A stretch of DNA of 64,000 bases, taken from positions 21,213 to 85,212 of the forward strand of contig JAFWNE010000023.1 of assembly GCA_017510505.1 (NCBI GenBank), read 5' to 3'. Below the pieces are notes generated by a model, which searched no databases, was not told where the DNA came from, and saw nothing but the letters and a program-made list of their open reading frames with translations. Source of the DNA: Mogibacterium sp. GTDB taxonomy: Bacteria; Bacillota; Clostridia; Peptostreptococcales; Anaerovoracaceae. Positions 8,965 to 17,936 of this stretch are shown here, one piece after another; position 1 is the first letter of the stretch, and the number at the start of each line of letters is the position of its first letter. Both the position numbers and the translations under genes were made by a program.

Positions 8965-9367
8965 CTTCGAATACGACGCCGATCATCTCTTCAAGCTCTG
9001 CGCTCACGCTGAGAACGAAGTCGATCCCGGATTCCTTCGAAATGATCTTGATCTTCTCAATGAAGCTCGGCAAAACGTCCAGAGCGAAATCTCTGTGTCT
9101 CATGATGCCGTCAAGGAAGATCGTTTCGATATCATTGTCAGAACTCATGATACCGAACAGGAATCCGATATACTCGTCCTCATTGGTGATGTGCGGAAAA
9201 TCCTCCATGCATACGACTCTGATCTTGTAGTCAAGGTCGTAGATGAGTCTTGAATTCTTGTTGATAAATACGATACTTCCTCTGGCTGTCTGGACAGTCT
9301 CATTCGCCAGCTCAATCATTCTTTTGGTCTTGCCGCTTCCTTTATGTCCAATCAATAATTTGACCAT
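8945..9367 (-). CDS. Small P-loop NTPase of unknown function
   Basis: 140 aa with Walker A GHKGSGKT. A strong ribosome-binding site (aaggggagg) lies 22 nt after the glyA stop. Its 3' end overlaps the methyltransferase start by 20 nt, which suggests translational coupling. Confidence 0.6.
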   Translation of the reverse strand: MVKLLIGHKGSGKTKRMIELANETVQTARGSIVFINKNSRLIYDLDYKIRVVCMEDFPHITNEDEYIGFLFGIMSSDNDIETIFLDGIMRHRDFALDVLPSFIEKIKIISKESGIDFVLSVSAELEEMIGVVFEGVEVLN

Positions 9368-9389
9368 AGGTCAGTACCTCCCCTTTAGT

Positions 9390-10667
9390 TTATTTTGCTT
9401 CTGCTGCCTCTGCTGCCTTCTTTGCTCTGAGTTCCTTTACTACGTCATCAATTCTGTGAACGACTTTACGGAAGTCATCTTCGAGGAATCCTCTTGTAGT
9501 CATAGGAGCAGTTCCCACACGTACGCCGGATGTCTGGAACGGCGATCTCTTTTCATTAGGAACGCAGTTCTTGTTGAGCGTGATGCCTACCTCGTCGCAT
9601 GCTGCCTGCAGCTCTTTGCCCGAGAACGGCTCATCGCTGAGGTCTACCAGGAATACGTGGTTGTCTGTTCCGCCTGTAACGATCTTGTAACCCATCTTGA
9701 TGAACTCGTCAGCAAGTGCAGCGCAGTTGAGTCTTACCTGATGAGCGTATGCCTTGAACTCAGGCTTCAGAGCTTCCTCAGCGCATACAGCCTTGCCTGC
9801 GATGATGTGGCAGAGCGGGCCGCCCTGTGCGTATGGGAATACAGCGGAGTCAACAGCCTTTGCGAGCTCCGGTCTTGCGAAGATCAGTCCGCCGCGAGGT
9901 CCTCTGAGTGTCTTATGTGTAGTTGTAGTAACGATGTCAGCATAACCGAACGGCGTTGGATGCTCTCCGGCAGCTACGAGACCGGCAATGTGTGCCATGT
10001 CTACCATGAAGTAAGCTCCTACTTCCTTTGCGATCTCAGCAAATGCAGGGAAGTCGATGATCCTTGCGTATGCAGATGCTCCTGTGAGGATCAGTTTAGG
10101 CTTTACTTCATGAGCTTTCTTTCTTACGTCTTCCATGTCGATACGGCCGTTGTCGTCAACATCATAGGAGACTACGTTGTAAAGCTTGCCGCTGAAGTTT
10201 ACGCCGGAACCATGTGTGAGGTGTCCGCCGTTGTCAAGGCTGAGACCAAGGATGGTGTCACCCGGCTCAAGTACTGACTTATAAGCAGCGAAGTTAGCCT
10301 GAGAACCCGAGTGAGGCTGTACGTTTACGTGATAGTCTGTGTTGAATACCTTTCTCCACAGATCGCAGCAGTACTCTTCGAGTTCGTCTACAACGATAGT
10401 TCCGCCGTAGTATCTGCCCTTGTTGCCTGATGTCCTTACGATAGGAGCCTGAGGATATCCCTCAGCATACTTCCACGAAAGGCAGCTTCCGCAGGCGGCC
10501 ATTACGGCCTCGGAGCAATAGTTCTCGGATGCGATGAGCTCCACGTTGTTCTTCTGTCTCAGATACTCTCTGTTTACGAGGTCTGCAACTTTTTCTGAAC
10601 TCTTGCGGATCTCCTCAACTATCATCTGGTTATAGTTGCTGTTGTCGTTTCCGTTTCTGTCAAACAT
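9390..10667 (-). CDS. glyA: Serine hydroxymethyltransferase
   Basis: 425 aa. It contains the PLP-lysine region [14 protein letters not shown], along with LIASENY and [10 protein letters not shown]. Confidence 0.95.
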   Translation of the reverse strand: MFDRNGNDNSNYNQMIVEEIRKSSEKVADLVNREYLRQKNNVELIASENYCSEAVMAACGSCLSWKYAEGYPQAPIVRTSGNKGRYYGGTIVVDELEEYCCDLWRKVFNTDYHVNVQPHSGSQANFAAYKSVLEPGDTILGLSLDNGGHLTHGSGVNFSGKLYNVVSYDVDDNGRIDMEDVRKKAHEVKPKLILTGASAYARIIDFPAFAEIAKEVGAYFMVDMAHIAGLVAAGEHPTPFGYADIVTTTTHKTLRGPRGGLIFARPELAKAVDSAVFPYAQGGPLCHIIAGKAVCAEEALKPEFKAYAHQVRLNCAALADEFIKMGYKIVTGGTDNHVFLVDLSDEPFSGKELQAACDEVGITLNKNCVPNEKRSPFQTSGVRVGTAPMTTRGFLEDDFRKVVHRIDDVVKELRAKKAAEAAEAK

Positions 10668-10737
10668 GGTACCGGTCCTTTCTCCACATTATTGATTTGG
10701 AAATGATTAAGTGATGACTTGATATATATTCGGGATT

Positions 10738-11970
10738 TTAATGATCCTTCATGAACAGGGTCCTAATTTCTCCGGCCAGATATATGGATCCGGTCGTCAG
10801 GATGCACTGAAAAGCCGAGTCCTTAGCGTATTCGTATGCCTCACGGGTCGACTCGAATACCATGCACCCGTGTCCGCATCCGGCGATGAGCTCGCCTATC
10901 CGCCCAGGATCTTCTGCTCTTTCATAATCCACGGCTGCTGCCGCGTAGGAGCATCCCTTGAGACCTCCCGTAAGTAATTGTACCATACGAACCGAATTTT
11001 TGTCTTTCATACAGCCAAAAATTACCAGCGTTCTTTTGATTTTATTTGTACGGGAGAATGCCTCATATGTCTTTACCAGCTCAGATATGGCGTCAGGATT
11101 ATGGGCTCCGTCTATGATGAAGACAGGCTCTTCACCCGGCTCATCATTCAGTATCTCGAATCTGCCCGGGAGCCAGGCATTTGCCAGGCCGTTTTCTATG
11201 GCTTCTTCGGACACTTCTATGCCTGCTGCCTTTATGGCTTCCACGGCTGTAGCTGCGTTCCTTATCTGATGCCCGCCTTTCATGGCCAGCTCATATTTCC
11301 TGTAGCTGTCTGCCACTTCCGACACGTCTATGAACTCGCTTCCGTTCTCAGCGGCCATGCGCCTGAATATGTTCTTGGTATTCATGTCGCCTGTCTGTGA
11401 AACGACCGGAACGCCCGGCTTTATGATGCCTGCCTTCTCTCGCGCTATCTTGAAGATGGTATTGCCGAGCTGGGCAGTGTGATCGAGCCCGACCTGAGTT
11501 ATGACGCTCACGAGAGGCTTTTCAAGGGTATTCGTTGAATCCAGCCTTCCGCCGAGTCCTGTCTCCAGGACTACATAGTCAGGCTGTTCCTTTGCAAAGT
11601 ACAGATAGGCCGCTGCCGTGTACACCTCAAAGACGGTCAGCTTGCCGTACTCGAGCCCGGCATTATGTAAAGTTTTCTTTACATCTTCCTCGACGGAATA
11701 TACTCTCTCCTTAAGCGAGTCAAGCTCCGCCTGCTCTATCATGTGGTGAGTGCCATCCCATATCTGCACTCTCTCGCATTCGTCCTCAAGATGCGGCGAA
11801 GTGAAAAGACCCACGCTGTATCCCGCCTCCTCAAGTATGGAAGCGGTCATCACCACGGTAGAGCCCTTTCCGTTGGTGCCTGCAATATGTATAGCCCTGA
11901 AGCCGGCTTCCGGATCGCCCAGAGCCGCCAGCAGAGCCTTCATTCTCTCAAGTCCGTCAAAGCTTGCCAT
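10738..11970 (-). CDS. folC: Folylpolyglutamate synthase / dihydrofolate synthase
   Basis: 410 aa with a Mur-ligase P-loop (HIAGTNGKGST). Its start shares a base with the valS stop, matching the conserved valS-folC arrangement. Confidence 0.9.
   Translation of the reverse strand: MASFDGLERMKALLAALGDPEAGFRAIHIAGTNGKGSTVVMTASILEEAGYSVGLFTSPHLEDECERVQIWDGTHHMIEQAELDSLKERVYSVEEDVKKTLHNAGLEYGKLTVFEVYTAAAYLYFAKEQPDYVVLETGLGGRLDSTNTLEKPLVSVITQVGLDHTAQLGNTIFKIAREKAGIIKPGVPVVSQTGDMNTKNIFRRMAAENGSEFIDVSEVADSYRKYELAMKGGHQIRNAATAVEAIKAAGIEVSEEAIENGLANAWLPGRFEILNDEPGEEPVFIIDGAHNPDAISELVKTYEAFSRTNKIKRTLVIFGCMKDKNSVRMVQLLTGGLKGCSYAAAAVDYERAEDPGRIGELIAGCGHGCMVFESTREAYEYAKDSAFQCILTTGSIYLAGEIRTLFMKDH
11665..11684. 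repeat. Palindromic motif, copy b: ATGTAAAG-TTTT-CTTTACAT, inside folC coding sequence
   Basis: The 20-mer is identical to copy a. On the minus strand it is read in frame as D-V-K-K-T-L-H-N (gat gta aag aaa act tta cat aat). Confidence 0.9.
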
Positions 11971-14636
11971 TACTTTTTAAGCGACTCCAGTCTCGCAAGC
12001 ACTGTCTCAAGCATGCTGCGGTACTTCTCGCCCTTGGCGCGCTCCTCTTCAACGAGCTTTGCAGGGGCCTTGTCCGTGAATCCCTTGTTTGCGAGCTTCT
12101 TCTCTACTCTTTCGACCTCAGACTCAAGCCTCTTCTGCTCTTTCGTCAGTCTCTCTATCTCCGCCTCTCTGTCGACCAGGTCATCCAGCTTTACGGCTAT
12201 CTCAGCACCGTTTATGACAGCTGTCATGACGTCATCAGGCATGTCGAAGCTGCTGTCCTTTATGTCGATATCCACGACGTTGGCCAGCTTTCTGATGCGC
12301 TCCGCGACCGCCTCTATATCGTCTTTCAGACTGTCGGTCCTGATGATGAGATTGAGCTTTCTTCCCGGTGCAGCCTCAGCTTCCGCTCTTATGTTACGGA
12401 CAGCCTTTATCACTGCCATCGCGGTCTCTATCCTCCTTACGGAGTCGGCGTAATCCATGTCAGGATCACATACCGGCCACTCGGCTCTGATGAGCATGGC
12501 GTCGCGGCCTGTCTTCTCTTCATCCTGAGGCAGGAATCCCCAGATCTCCTCTGTGATGAAAGGCATGAACGGGTGCAGGAACTTCAGAAGATCCTTGAGC
12601 ACCTTGGTCAGTACGAATCTGGCCACTTTCTTGTCCTCTTCATCATCTCCATAGAGTCTGCCCTTGACGAGCTCGATGTACCAGTCGCAGAAGACGTCCC
12701 AGATGAGCTCATAAACTCTCTGGCCCGCCATGCCCAGCTCAAACTTGTCGAGCTGCTCTGTGATGTACTTAGCGCCGTCATTGGCCATCTGCAGTATCCA
12801 TTTATCCTCGTCAGCGAGCCTTGCCTCGTCGAATTCCATCGGGAGCCATTTGCCCTCTTCATCCTGCAGGTTCATTATCGTGAATCTGGAAGCGTTCCAG
12901 AGCTTGTTTGCGAAGTTTCTCGCGGCCTCGATCCTCTTAGGGATGTATCTGGTGTCATTACCCGGCGAGATTCCCGTGCACAGCATGAATCTCAGGGCGT
13001 CCGCGCCGTACTGGGCGATCGAATCCAGAGGATCGACGCCGTTGCCGAGGGACTTGCTCATCTTGCGTCCGAGCTCATCTCTGACCAGTCCGTGGACAAA
13101 GACGTAATCATACGGAGCGTCTCCCATGCACTCATATCCTGAGAATACCATCCTGACTACCCAGAAGAAGATGATATCGTAGCCCGTGACGAGCACCGAG
13201 TTAGGATAGAAATAATCCAGAGCGTCGGTCTTTTCAGGCCAGCCTAGTGTCGAGAACGGCCAGAGCGCTGAGCTGAACCATGTGTCCAGAACGTCCTCAT
13301 CCTGAGTAAAGTGTTTGCATCCGCACTTAGGGCAGACTTCAGGCATATGGTCGGCTACCACTATCTCGCCGCATTCATCGCAGTAAAACGCAGGGATCCT
13401 GTGTCCCCACCAGAGCTGACGGCTGATGCACCAGTCTCTTATTTCATAGAGCCAGTTGAGGTAGACCTTGGAGAATCTCTCAGGAACAAACTTCATGCGG
13501 CCAGTTTCTACCGCGGCTATGGCAGGTTTTGCCAGCTCGTCCATCTTTACGAACCACTGGTCGCTCATCATAGGCTCAACGGCGCTGTGACATCTGTAGC
13601 ACTTTCCGACAGGTATGGTAAGTTCTTCCGTCTTTACGAGGAATCCCGCTTCTTCGAGATCCTTGACCCATGCCCTGCGGCATTCATATCTGTCCATGCC
13701 CTCGTATTTGCCGGCGTATTCGTTCATCGTCGCGTCATCGTTCATGCAGCTGATGATCTCGAGATCGTGTCTCTGGCCGACTTCGAAGTCGTTAGGGTCG
13801 TGTGCCGGCGTGATCTTAACGGCTCCGGTACCCTTTTCAGGATCCGGATATTCGTCCGCGATCACCGGGATCTCCCTGCCCACTATAGGCAGGATGACTG
13901 TCTTTCCTACGAGGTCTTTATATCTCTCGTCGCTCGGATGCACCGCTATGGCGATATCTCCGAACATTGTCTCAGGTCTGGATGTGGCGACGGTTATGCC
14001 CTCGCCTCCGTCCTTTGCAGGATATCTGAAGTACCAGTACTTGCCGTTTTCATCCTCGTGCTCTACTTCCGCGTCGGAAAGAGAGGTCTTGCAGCACGGA
14101 CACCAGTTGATCAGACGGTTGCCCTTGTATATCCATCCCTTCTCGTAGAGGTCGATGAAATACTTTACGACCGCCCTGTTGCACTGCTCGTCCATGGTAA
14201 AGCGCTCGCGTCTCCAGTCGCAGGAGTCGCCAAGCTTGCGGCACTGCTTTGTAATGCGTCCGCCGTATTCTTCCTTCCACGCCCATGCGTGCTTCAAAAA
14301 CTCTTCTCTGCCGAAATCCCTCTTGTCGCGGCCGGTCTTTTCCCTGAGCTCATTCGCTACCTTTACCTCGGTGGCGATGCTCGCATGGTCTGAGCCCGGG
14401 AGCCACAGAGCGGCATAACCCTGCATCCTCTTCCATCTTGTGAGGACGTCCTGCAGAGTATGATCGAGAGCATGTCCCATATGAAGCTGTCCCGTTATGT
14501 TCGGAGGCGGCATCACGATGGTGAACGGCTCTTTGTCTCTGTCTATATCCGCGTCGAAAGCGCCCTCGGATTCCCACATCTCATAGATGCGCTCTTCGAA
14601 TTCTTTAGGATCGTATGTCTTTGCGAGGTTCTTCAT
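11970..14636 (-). CDS. valS: Valyl-tRNA synthetase
   Basis: 888 aa. It has the HIGH-type motif PPNITGQLHMGHA, KMSKSLGN, and a C-terminal coiled coil. Confidence 0.95.
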   Translation of the reverse strand: MKNLAKTYDPKEFEERIYEMWESEGAFDADIDRDKEPFTIVMPPPNITGQLHMGHALDHTLQDVLTRWKRMQGYAALWLPGSDHASIATEVKVANELREKTGRDKRDFGREEFLKHAWAWKEEYGGRITKQCRKLGDSCDWRRERFTMDEQCNRAVVKYFIDLYEKGWIYKGNRLINWCPCCKTSLSDAEVEHEDENGKYWYFRYPAKDGGEGITVATSRPETMFGDIAIAVHPSDERYKDLVGKTVILPIVGREIPVIADEYPDPEKGTGAVKITPAHDPNDFEVGQRHDLEIISCMNDDATMNEYAGKYEGMDRYECRRAWVKDLEEAGFLVKTEELTIPVGKCYRCHSAVEPMMSDQWFVKMDELAKPAIAAVETGRMKFVPERFSKVYLNWLYEIRDWCISRQLWWGHRIPAFYCDECGEIVVADHMPEVCPKCGCKHFTQDEDVLDTWFSSALWPFSTLGWPEKTDALDYFYPNSVLVTGYDIIFFWVVRMVFSGYECMGDAPYDYVFVHGLVRDELGRKMSKSLGNGVDPLDSIAQYGADALRFMLCTGISPGNDTRYIPKRIEAARNFANKLWNASRFTIMNLQDEEGKWLPMEFDEARLADEDKWILQMANDGAKYITEQLDKFELGMAGQRVYELIWDVFCDWYIELVKGRLYGDDEEDKKVARFVLTKVLKDLLKFLHPFMPFITEEIWGFLPQDEEKTGRDAMLIRAEWPVCDPDMDYADSVRRIETAMAVIKAVRNIRAEAEAAPGRKLNLIIRTDSLKDDIEAVAERIRKLANVVDIDIKDSSFDMPDDVMTAVINGAEIAVKLDDLVDREAEIERLTKEQKRLESEVERVEKKLANKGFTDKAPAKLVEEERAKGEKYRSMLETVLARLESLKK

Positions 14637-14651
14637 TTTAACGTGTTCTCC

Positions 14652-15353
14652 TTAGTAATCGCTGTATTTGCTGTCATTCTTCAAAACTTCATGGCGTACG
14701 CGGCTCATCTGCTCGTCCACCTTGTGCAGCGTCTCCGCGCATGTCTTCAGGTAATTGGTGATGTCCGGCGTGAGTTCGCCCTTGTTCTTGTATCTGAGCT
14801 CGTGCTCCAGGCTGGCCCAGGCGTCCATCATGACGCTGCGGAACTGTATCTCCACCGGGACCATCTTTCTCTTGTTAACGAGGTATACCGGTACGGCTAT
14901 TACCACGTGCACGCTGCGGTAGCCGCTTTCCTTAGGCTTGTCGCAGTAGTCCCTTACCCTTATCATCTCGATGTCTTCCTGTGAAAGAAGCAGCCTTGAC
15001 ATCGTGGCTATATCCTCTTCGTAGTTGCACACCACGCGGATGCCCGCGATATCGAGGATCTCGCGCATCACGGTACCGAGGTTGTTCAGAGGATCCTCGA
15101 TGCCGTATCTGCCGGCCTTTTCCATTAAGCTTTCAAATGTCTTCAGCCTCGACTGCACGTGGTGTATAGGCATGTATGAATGCTTCTTGTCAAAATCATC
15201 GGAAAGTATGCTCAGCCTGGTCTCCACCTCTCTTATGGCGGATTTGTACAGCAGGCTTACGTCATCTATCGCCGACTGGAGTTCTTCATCCGTGCCTCTG
15301 AATTCAGGCATCTTTTCGCGTATCCTGTCAGCATAGTAGTATCTGAATCCCAT
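14652..15353 (-). CDS. Small alarmone synthetase (RelQ/RelP-type GTP pyrophosphokinase, RelA/SpoT synthetase domain only)
   Basis: 233 aa. It contains DIAGIRVVCNY, GYRSVHVVI and VEIQFRSVMMDAWASLEHELRYK. No hydrolase domain is present. Confidence 0.85.
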   Translation of the reverse strand: MGFRYYYADRIREKMPEFRGTDEELQSAIDDVSLLYKSAIREVETRLSILSDDFDKKHSYMPIHHVQSRLKTFESLMEKAGRYGIEDPLNNLGTVMREILDIAGIRVVCNYEEDIATMSRLLLSQEDIEMIRVRDYCDKPKESGYRSVHVVIAVPVYLVNKRKMVPVEIQFRSVMMDAWASLEHELRYKNKGELTPDITNYLKTCAETLHKVDEQMSRVRHEVLKNDSKYSDY

Positions 15354-16270
15354 TACATCATCTCCATCAAACTCATCATTCCGTCCCGTTTTGCCCTTTT
15401 CTCGTCCGCCGCTTTTCCGGCAGCCTTTATGATATTGCGGAGCAGTATGGATGTCGTGACCCTGCCGATGCCTCCCGGTACCGGCGTATATGTCAGGTCG
15501 CTGATCTTGCCGCCCGCCTTTATCTCTTCAATGTTCAGGTCGCCGTGCATCTTGCCGTCGGCTCCGGTTCCTGTCCCTACGTCGAAAATGATCTGGCCGT
15601 CGCGGAAGAACTCGCTTCCGAAGCTCTCTGTAAGTCCGGTGGCAAGCACCACTATGTCCGCATTCTTGCAGGCCTTAATGGTGTCTTTCCTTGGCGTGCC
15701 GGAGTGGCATATGGTCACTGTCGCGTTCTTTGCGAGCATCATAAGCGCGATAGGCTTTCCTACAGTGATGCTGCGTCCCAGGACCGTGACATTCCTGCCT
15801 GCCAGATCTATTTTGTGGTAGCGCGCTATTTCCATGCATGCCTCAGCCGTGCAGGCAAAGAAAGCGTCTTCCTTGCCTACGAAGAGGTCGGATATGGACA
15901 TATCCGTTATGGCATCGACGTCCTTTTCAGGATTCAGCATGGTCCTCAGGCGCTCTCCGTCGATATTTTCAGGGAAAGGCCTCAGCAGTATGACCCCGTG
16001 AACGCTCTCGTCCTCATTGACAGCCCTCAGCGCTACCTCCAGCAGCGCCTGATTAGCGTTATGAGGAAAACTGATGGACTGTGTCTCGATACCGAAGTTC
16101 CTGCTCTGGCGGATTATGGCGTTCTCATAGAAAGACTGACCGTCGTCATCGCCCGCTCTGATCACGGCAAGCTTAGGGACTATGTCAAGCTCCGCAAAGC
16201 TTCTGACAGACTCCCTTATATGCTTGTCTAATTCTCTTTTTACTCCGTCTACGGTCAGTTCTTTGAACAT
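15353..16270 (-). CDS. folD: Bifunctional methylenetetrahydrofolate dehydrogenase / methenyl-THF cyclohydrolase
   Basis: It contains VILLRPFP, VTVLGRSITVGKP and YTPVPGGIGRVTT. I prefer the ATG at 16270 (GAAGGA ribosome-binding site 8 nt upstream) over the TTG at 16276 used by the ORF track. Confidence 0.9.
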   Translation of the reverse strand: MFKELTVDGVKRELDKHIRESVRSFAELDIVPKLAVIRAGDDDGQSFYENAIIRQSRNFGIETQSISFPHNANQALLEVALRAVNEDESVHGVILLRPFPENIDGERLRTMLNPEKDVDAITDMSISDLFVGKEDAFFACTAEACMEIARYHKIDLAGRNVTVLGRSITVGKPIALMMLAKNATVTICHSGTPRKDTIKACKNADIVVLATGLTESFGSEFFRDGQIIFDVGTGTGADGKMHGDLNIEEIKAGGKISDLTYTPVPGGIGRVTTSILLRNIIKAAGKAADEKRAKRDGMMSLMEMM

Positions 16271-16303
16271 TCTCAAATTCCTTCGGTAACAGTGTTATCG
16301 TTA

Positions 16304-16321
16304 ATGTAAAGTTTTCTTTAC
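16304..16321. repeat. Palindromic motif, copy c (right arm shortened): ATGTAAAG-TTTT-CTTTAC
   Basis: It lies in the 48-nt gap between the potC stop and the folD start, about 34 nt upstream of the folD ATG. Confidence 0.8.
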
Positions 16322-16324
16322 TTT

Positions 16325-17116
16325 TTATGCTGCCCTTGCGTCTTTCAGATTGTTTGCCTTGTCCTGCCTGATGTTGGCGATCAGAAGCACAGCGAGCGCG
16401 ACCACGAATATGATGGTCGAAAGAGCGAAAAGGCTTGGCCTGATCCCGATCTTGACCTCGCTGTAAATGAGTGTCGAGATGGTATTTATGCCGGCTCCCC
16501 TTGTGAAGTATGTGATGATGAAATCATCTACAGACATCGTGAAGCTCAGAAGGAATCCCGACATTATGCCCGGCTTGAGTTCAGGCAATACTATCTTTCT
16601 GAAAGCGTATTTTTCAGTCGCTCCGAGATCGAGCGCGGCCTCATACAGCCTGTCGGTGTTCTTGTTTACGCGAGGCCTGACTGAAAGTATCACGTACGGT
16701 ATACAGAAGGTCGCGTGGCTGAAGAGTATGGTCATGTATCCGCGCGGCGCCTTTATCATTAGGAAGAACAGCATCAGCGCTATGCCCGTGACTATATCTG
16801 CATTCAGCATAGGGATGTTGTTGAATCCCAGCAGAACGTTCTGCGTGCGCGGCTTCATGGACGCCATTCCAAGAACCGCAAGCGTCCCCACGATGGTCGC
16901 TATCAGGGCTGCCAGAATGGCTATCGAGAACGTATTCACGATAGCGCCCATCATGAGCCTGCTCTGGAACAGCTCCGCGTACCAGTGCAGGCTGAAGCCG
17001 CCCCATACCGACATCGACTTCACATCGTTGAAAGAAAGCACGATAAGCGTCAGTATCGGCAGATACAGGAATAACATGATTATTAAAATATATATCCGTC
17101 CTAGTGTCTTTTTCAT
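16325..17116 (-). CDS. potC: Spermidine/putrescine ABC transporter permease
   Basis: 263 aa. It is a binding-protein-dependent transport permease with the motif EAALDLGATEKYAFRKIVLP. Confidence 0.85.
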   Translation of the reverse strand: MKKTLGRIYILIIMLFLYLPILTLIVLSFNDVKSMSVWGGFSLHWYAELFQSRLMMGAIVNTFSIAILAALIATIVGTLAVLGMASMKPRTQNVLLGFNNIPMLNADIVTGIALMLFFLMIKAPRGYMTILFSHATFCIPYVILSVRPRVNKNTDRLYEAALDLGATEKYAFRKIVLPELKPGIMSGFLLSFTMSVDDFIITYFTRGAGINTISTLIYSEVKIGIRPSLFALSTIIFVVALAVLLIANIRQDKANNLKDARAA

Positions 17117-17117
17117 G

Positions 17118-17936
17118 CTATATCAGGTTTGCTCCTCCCGTCTTGTCGAACTTCTGGAGCAGCAGCATGCTGAAGATAATGAATACCATCATGACAAGCG
17201 AGAGTCCGGAGCCCAGGTACCAGTTTGAGTTCACCGTGAACTCCTGCTCTATGATGTTGCCTATGAGGTTTATCTTGCCTCCGCCCAGCATGTTTGAAAT
17301 AACGAATGTCGTAAGCGCCGGGATGAACACCATGGTTATGCCCGAAACGATGCCCGGCACCGAAAGAGGCAGTATGACTCTGGTGTATACCTTGCCCTTT
17401 GTGGCTCCGAGGTCATATGCCGCCTCGATGAGGTGGTTATCGATCTTGGAGACCGTGTTGTATATAGGGAGTATCATGAACGGCAGAAAGTCGTAGACCA
17501 TGCCCAGTACGATGGCTCCCGGAGTGTTCATCATCTCCTGGCGCGGCAGGCCTATCGCTGTGATTATCGCGTTTATTACGCCCTGCCTTTCAAGCAGCAC
17601 CTGCCATGCCATGGTACGAAGCAGAAAGTTCATCCACATCGGCAGTATGATGACGAATATGAGGAATCCCTGCTTGCCGTACTTGCTTTCCCTCAGGATC
17701 ATTGCCATAGGAAAAGCCAGCAACAGGCATATAGCCGTGCTTATAAGCGCAAGCGAAAGCGAGAGGCCAAGCGCCTGTATGTGATCGTCCCTGAACATCG
17801 CCGCTATGTTGGCGAATGTGAAGCCGCCTTCCCTGCTGGTGAAGCCGTAGTAGGATATCGAAGCCAGAGGGATGACCGTTCCGGCGATTATCCATAATAT
17901 GAATGGAATTGAGTAGCTTTTCTTGTTTGCGGTCAT
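17118..17936 (-). CDS. potB: Spermidine/putrescine ABC transporter permease
   Basis: 272 aa with the motif EAAYDLGATKGKVYTRVILP. It abuts potC and overlaps potA. Confidence 0.85.
   Translation of the reverse strand: MTANKKSYSIPFILWIIAGTVIPLASISYYGFTSREGGFTFANIAAMFRDDHIQALGLSLSLALISTAICLLLAFPMAMILRESKYGKQGFLIFVIILPMWMNFLLRTMAWQVLLERQGVINAIITAIGLPRQEMMNTPGAIVLGMVYDFLPFMILPIYNTVSKIDNHLIEAAYDLGATKGKVYTRVILPLSVPGIVSGITMVFIPALTTFVISNMLGGGKINLIGNIIEQEFTVNSNWYLGSGLSLVMMVFIIFSMLLLQKFDKTGGANLI

Noticed and set aside
14637-14651. A T-box leader upstream of valS
   Set aside because: Only 15 nt separate valS from the preceding gene, and no T-box sequence or specifier structure fits there.
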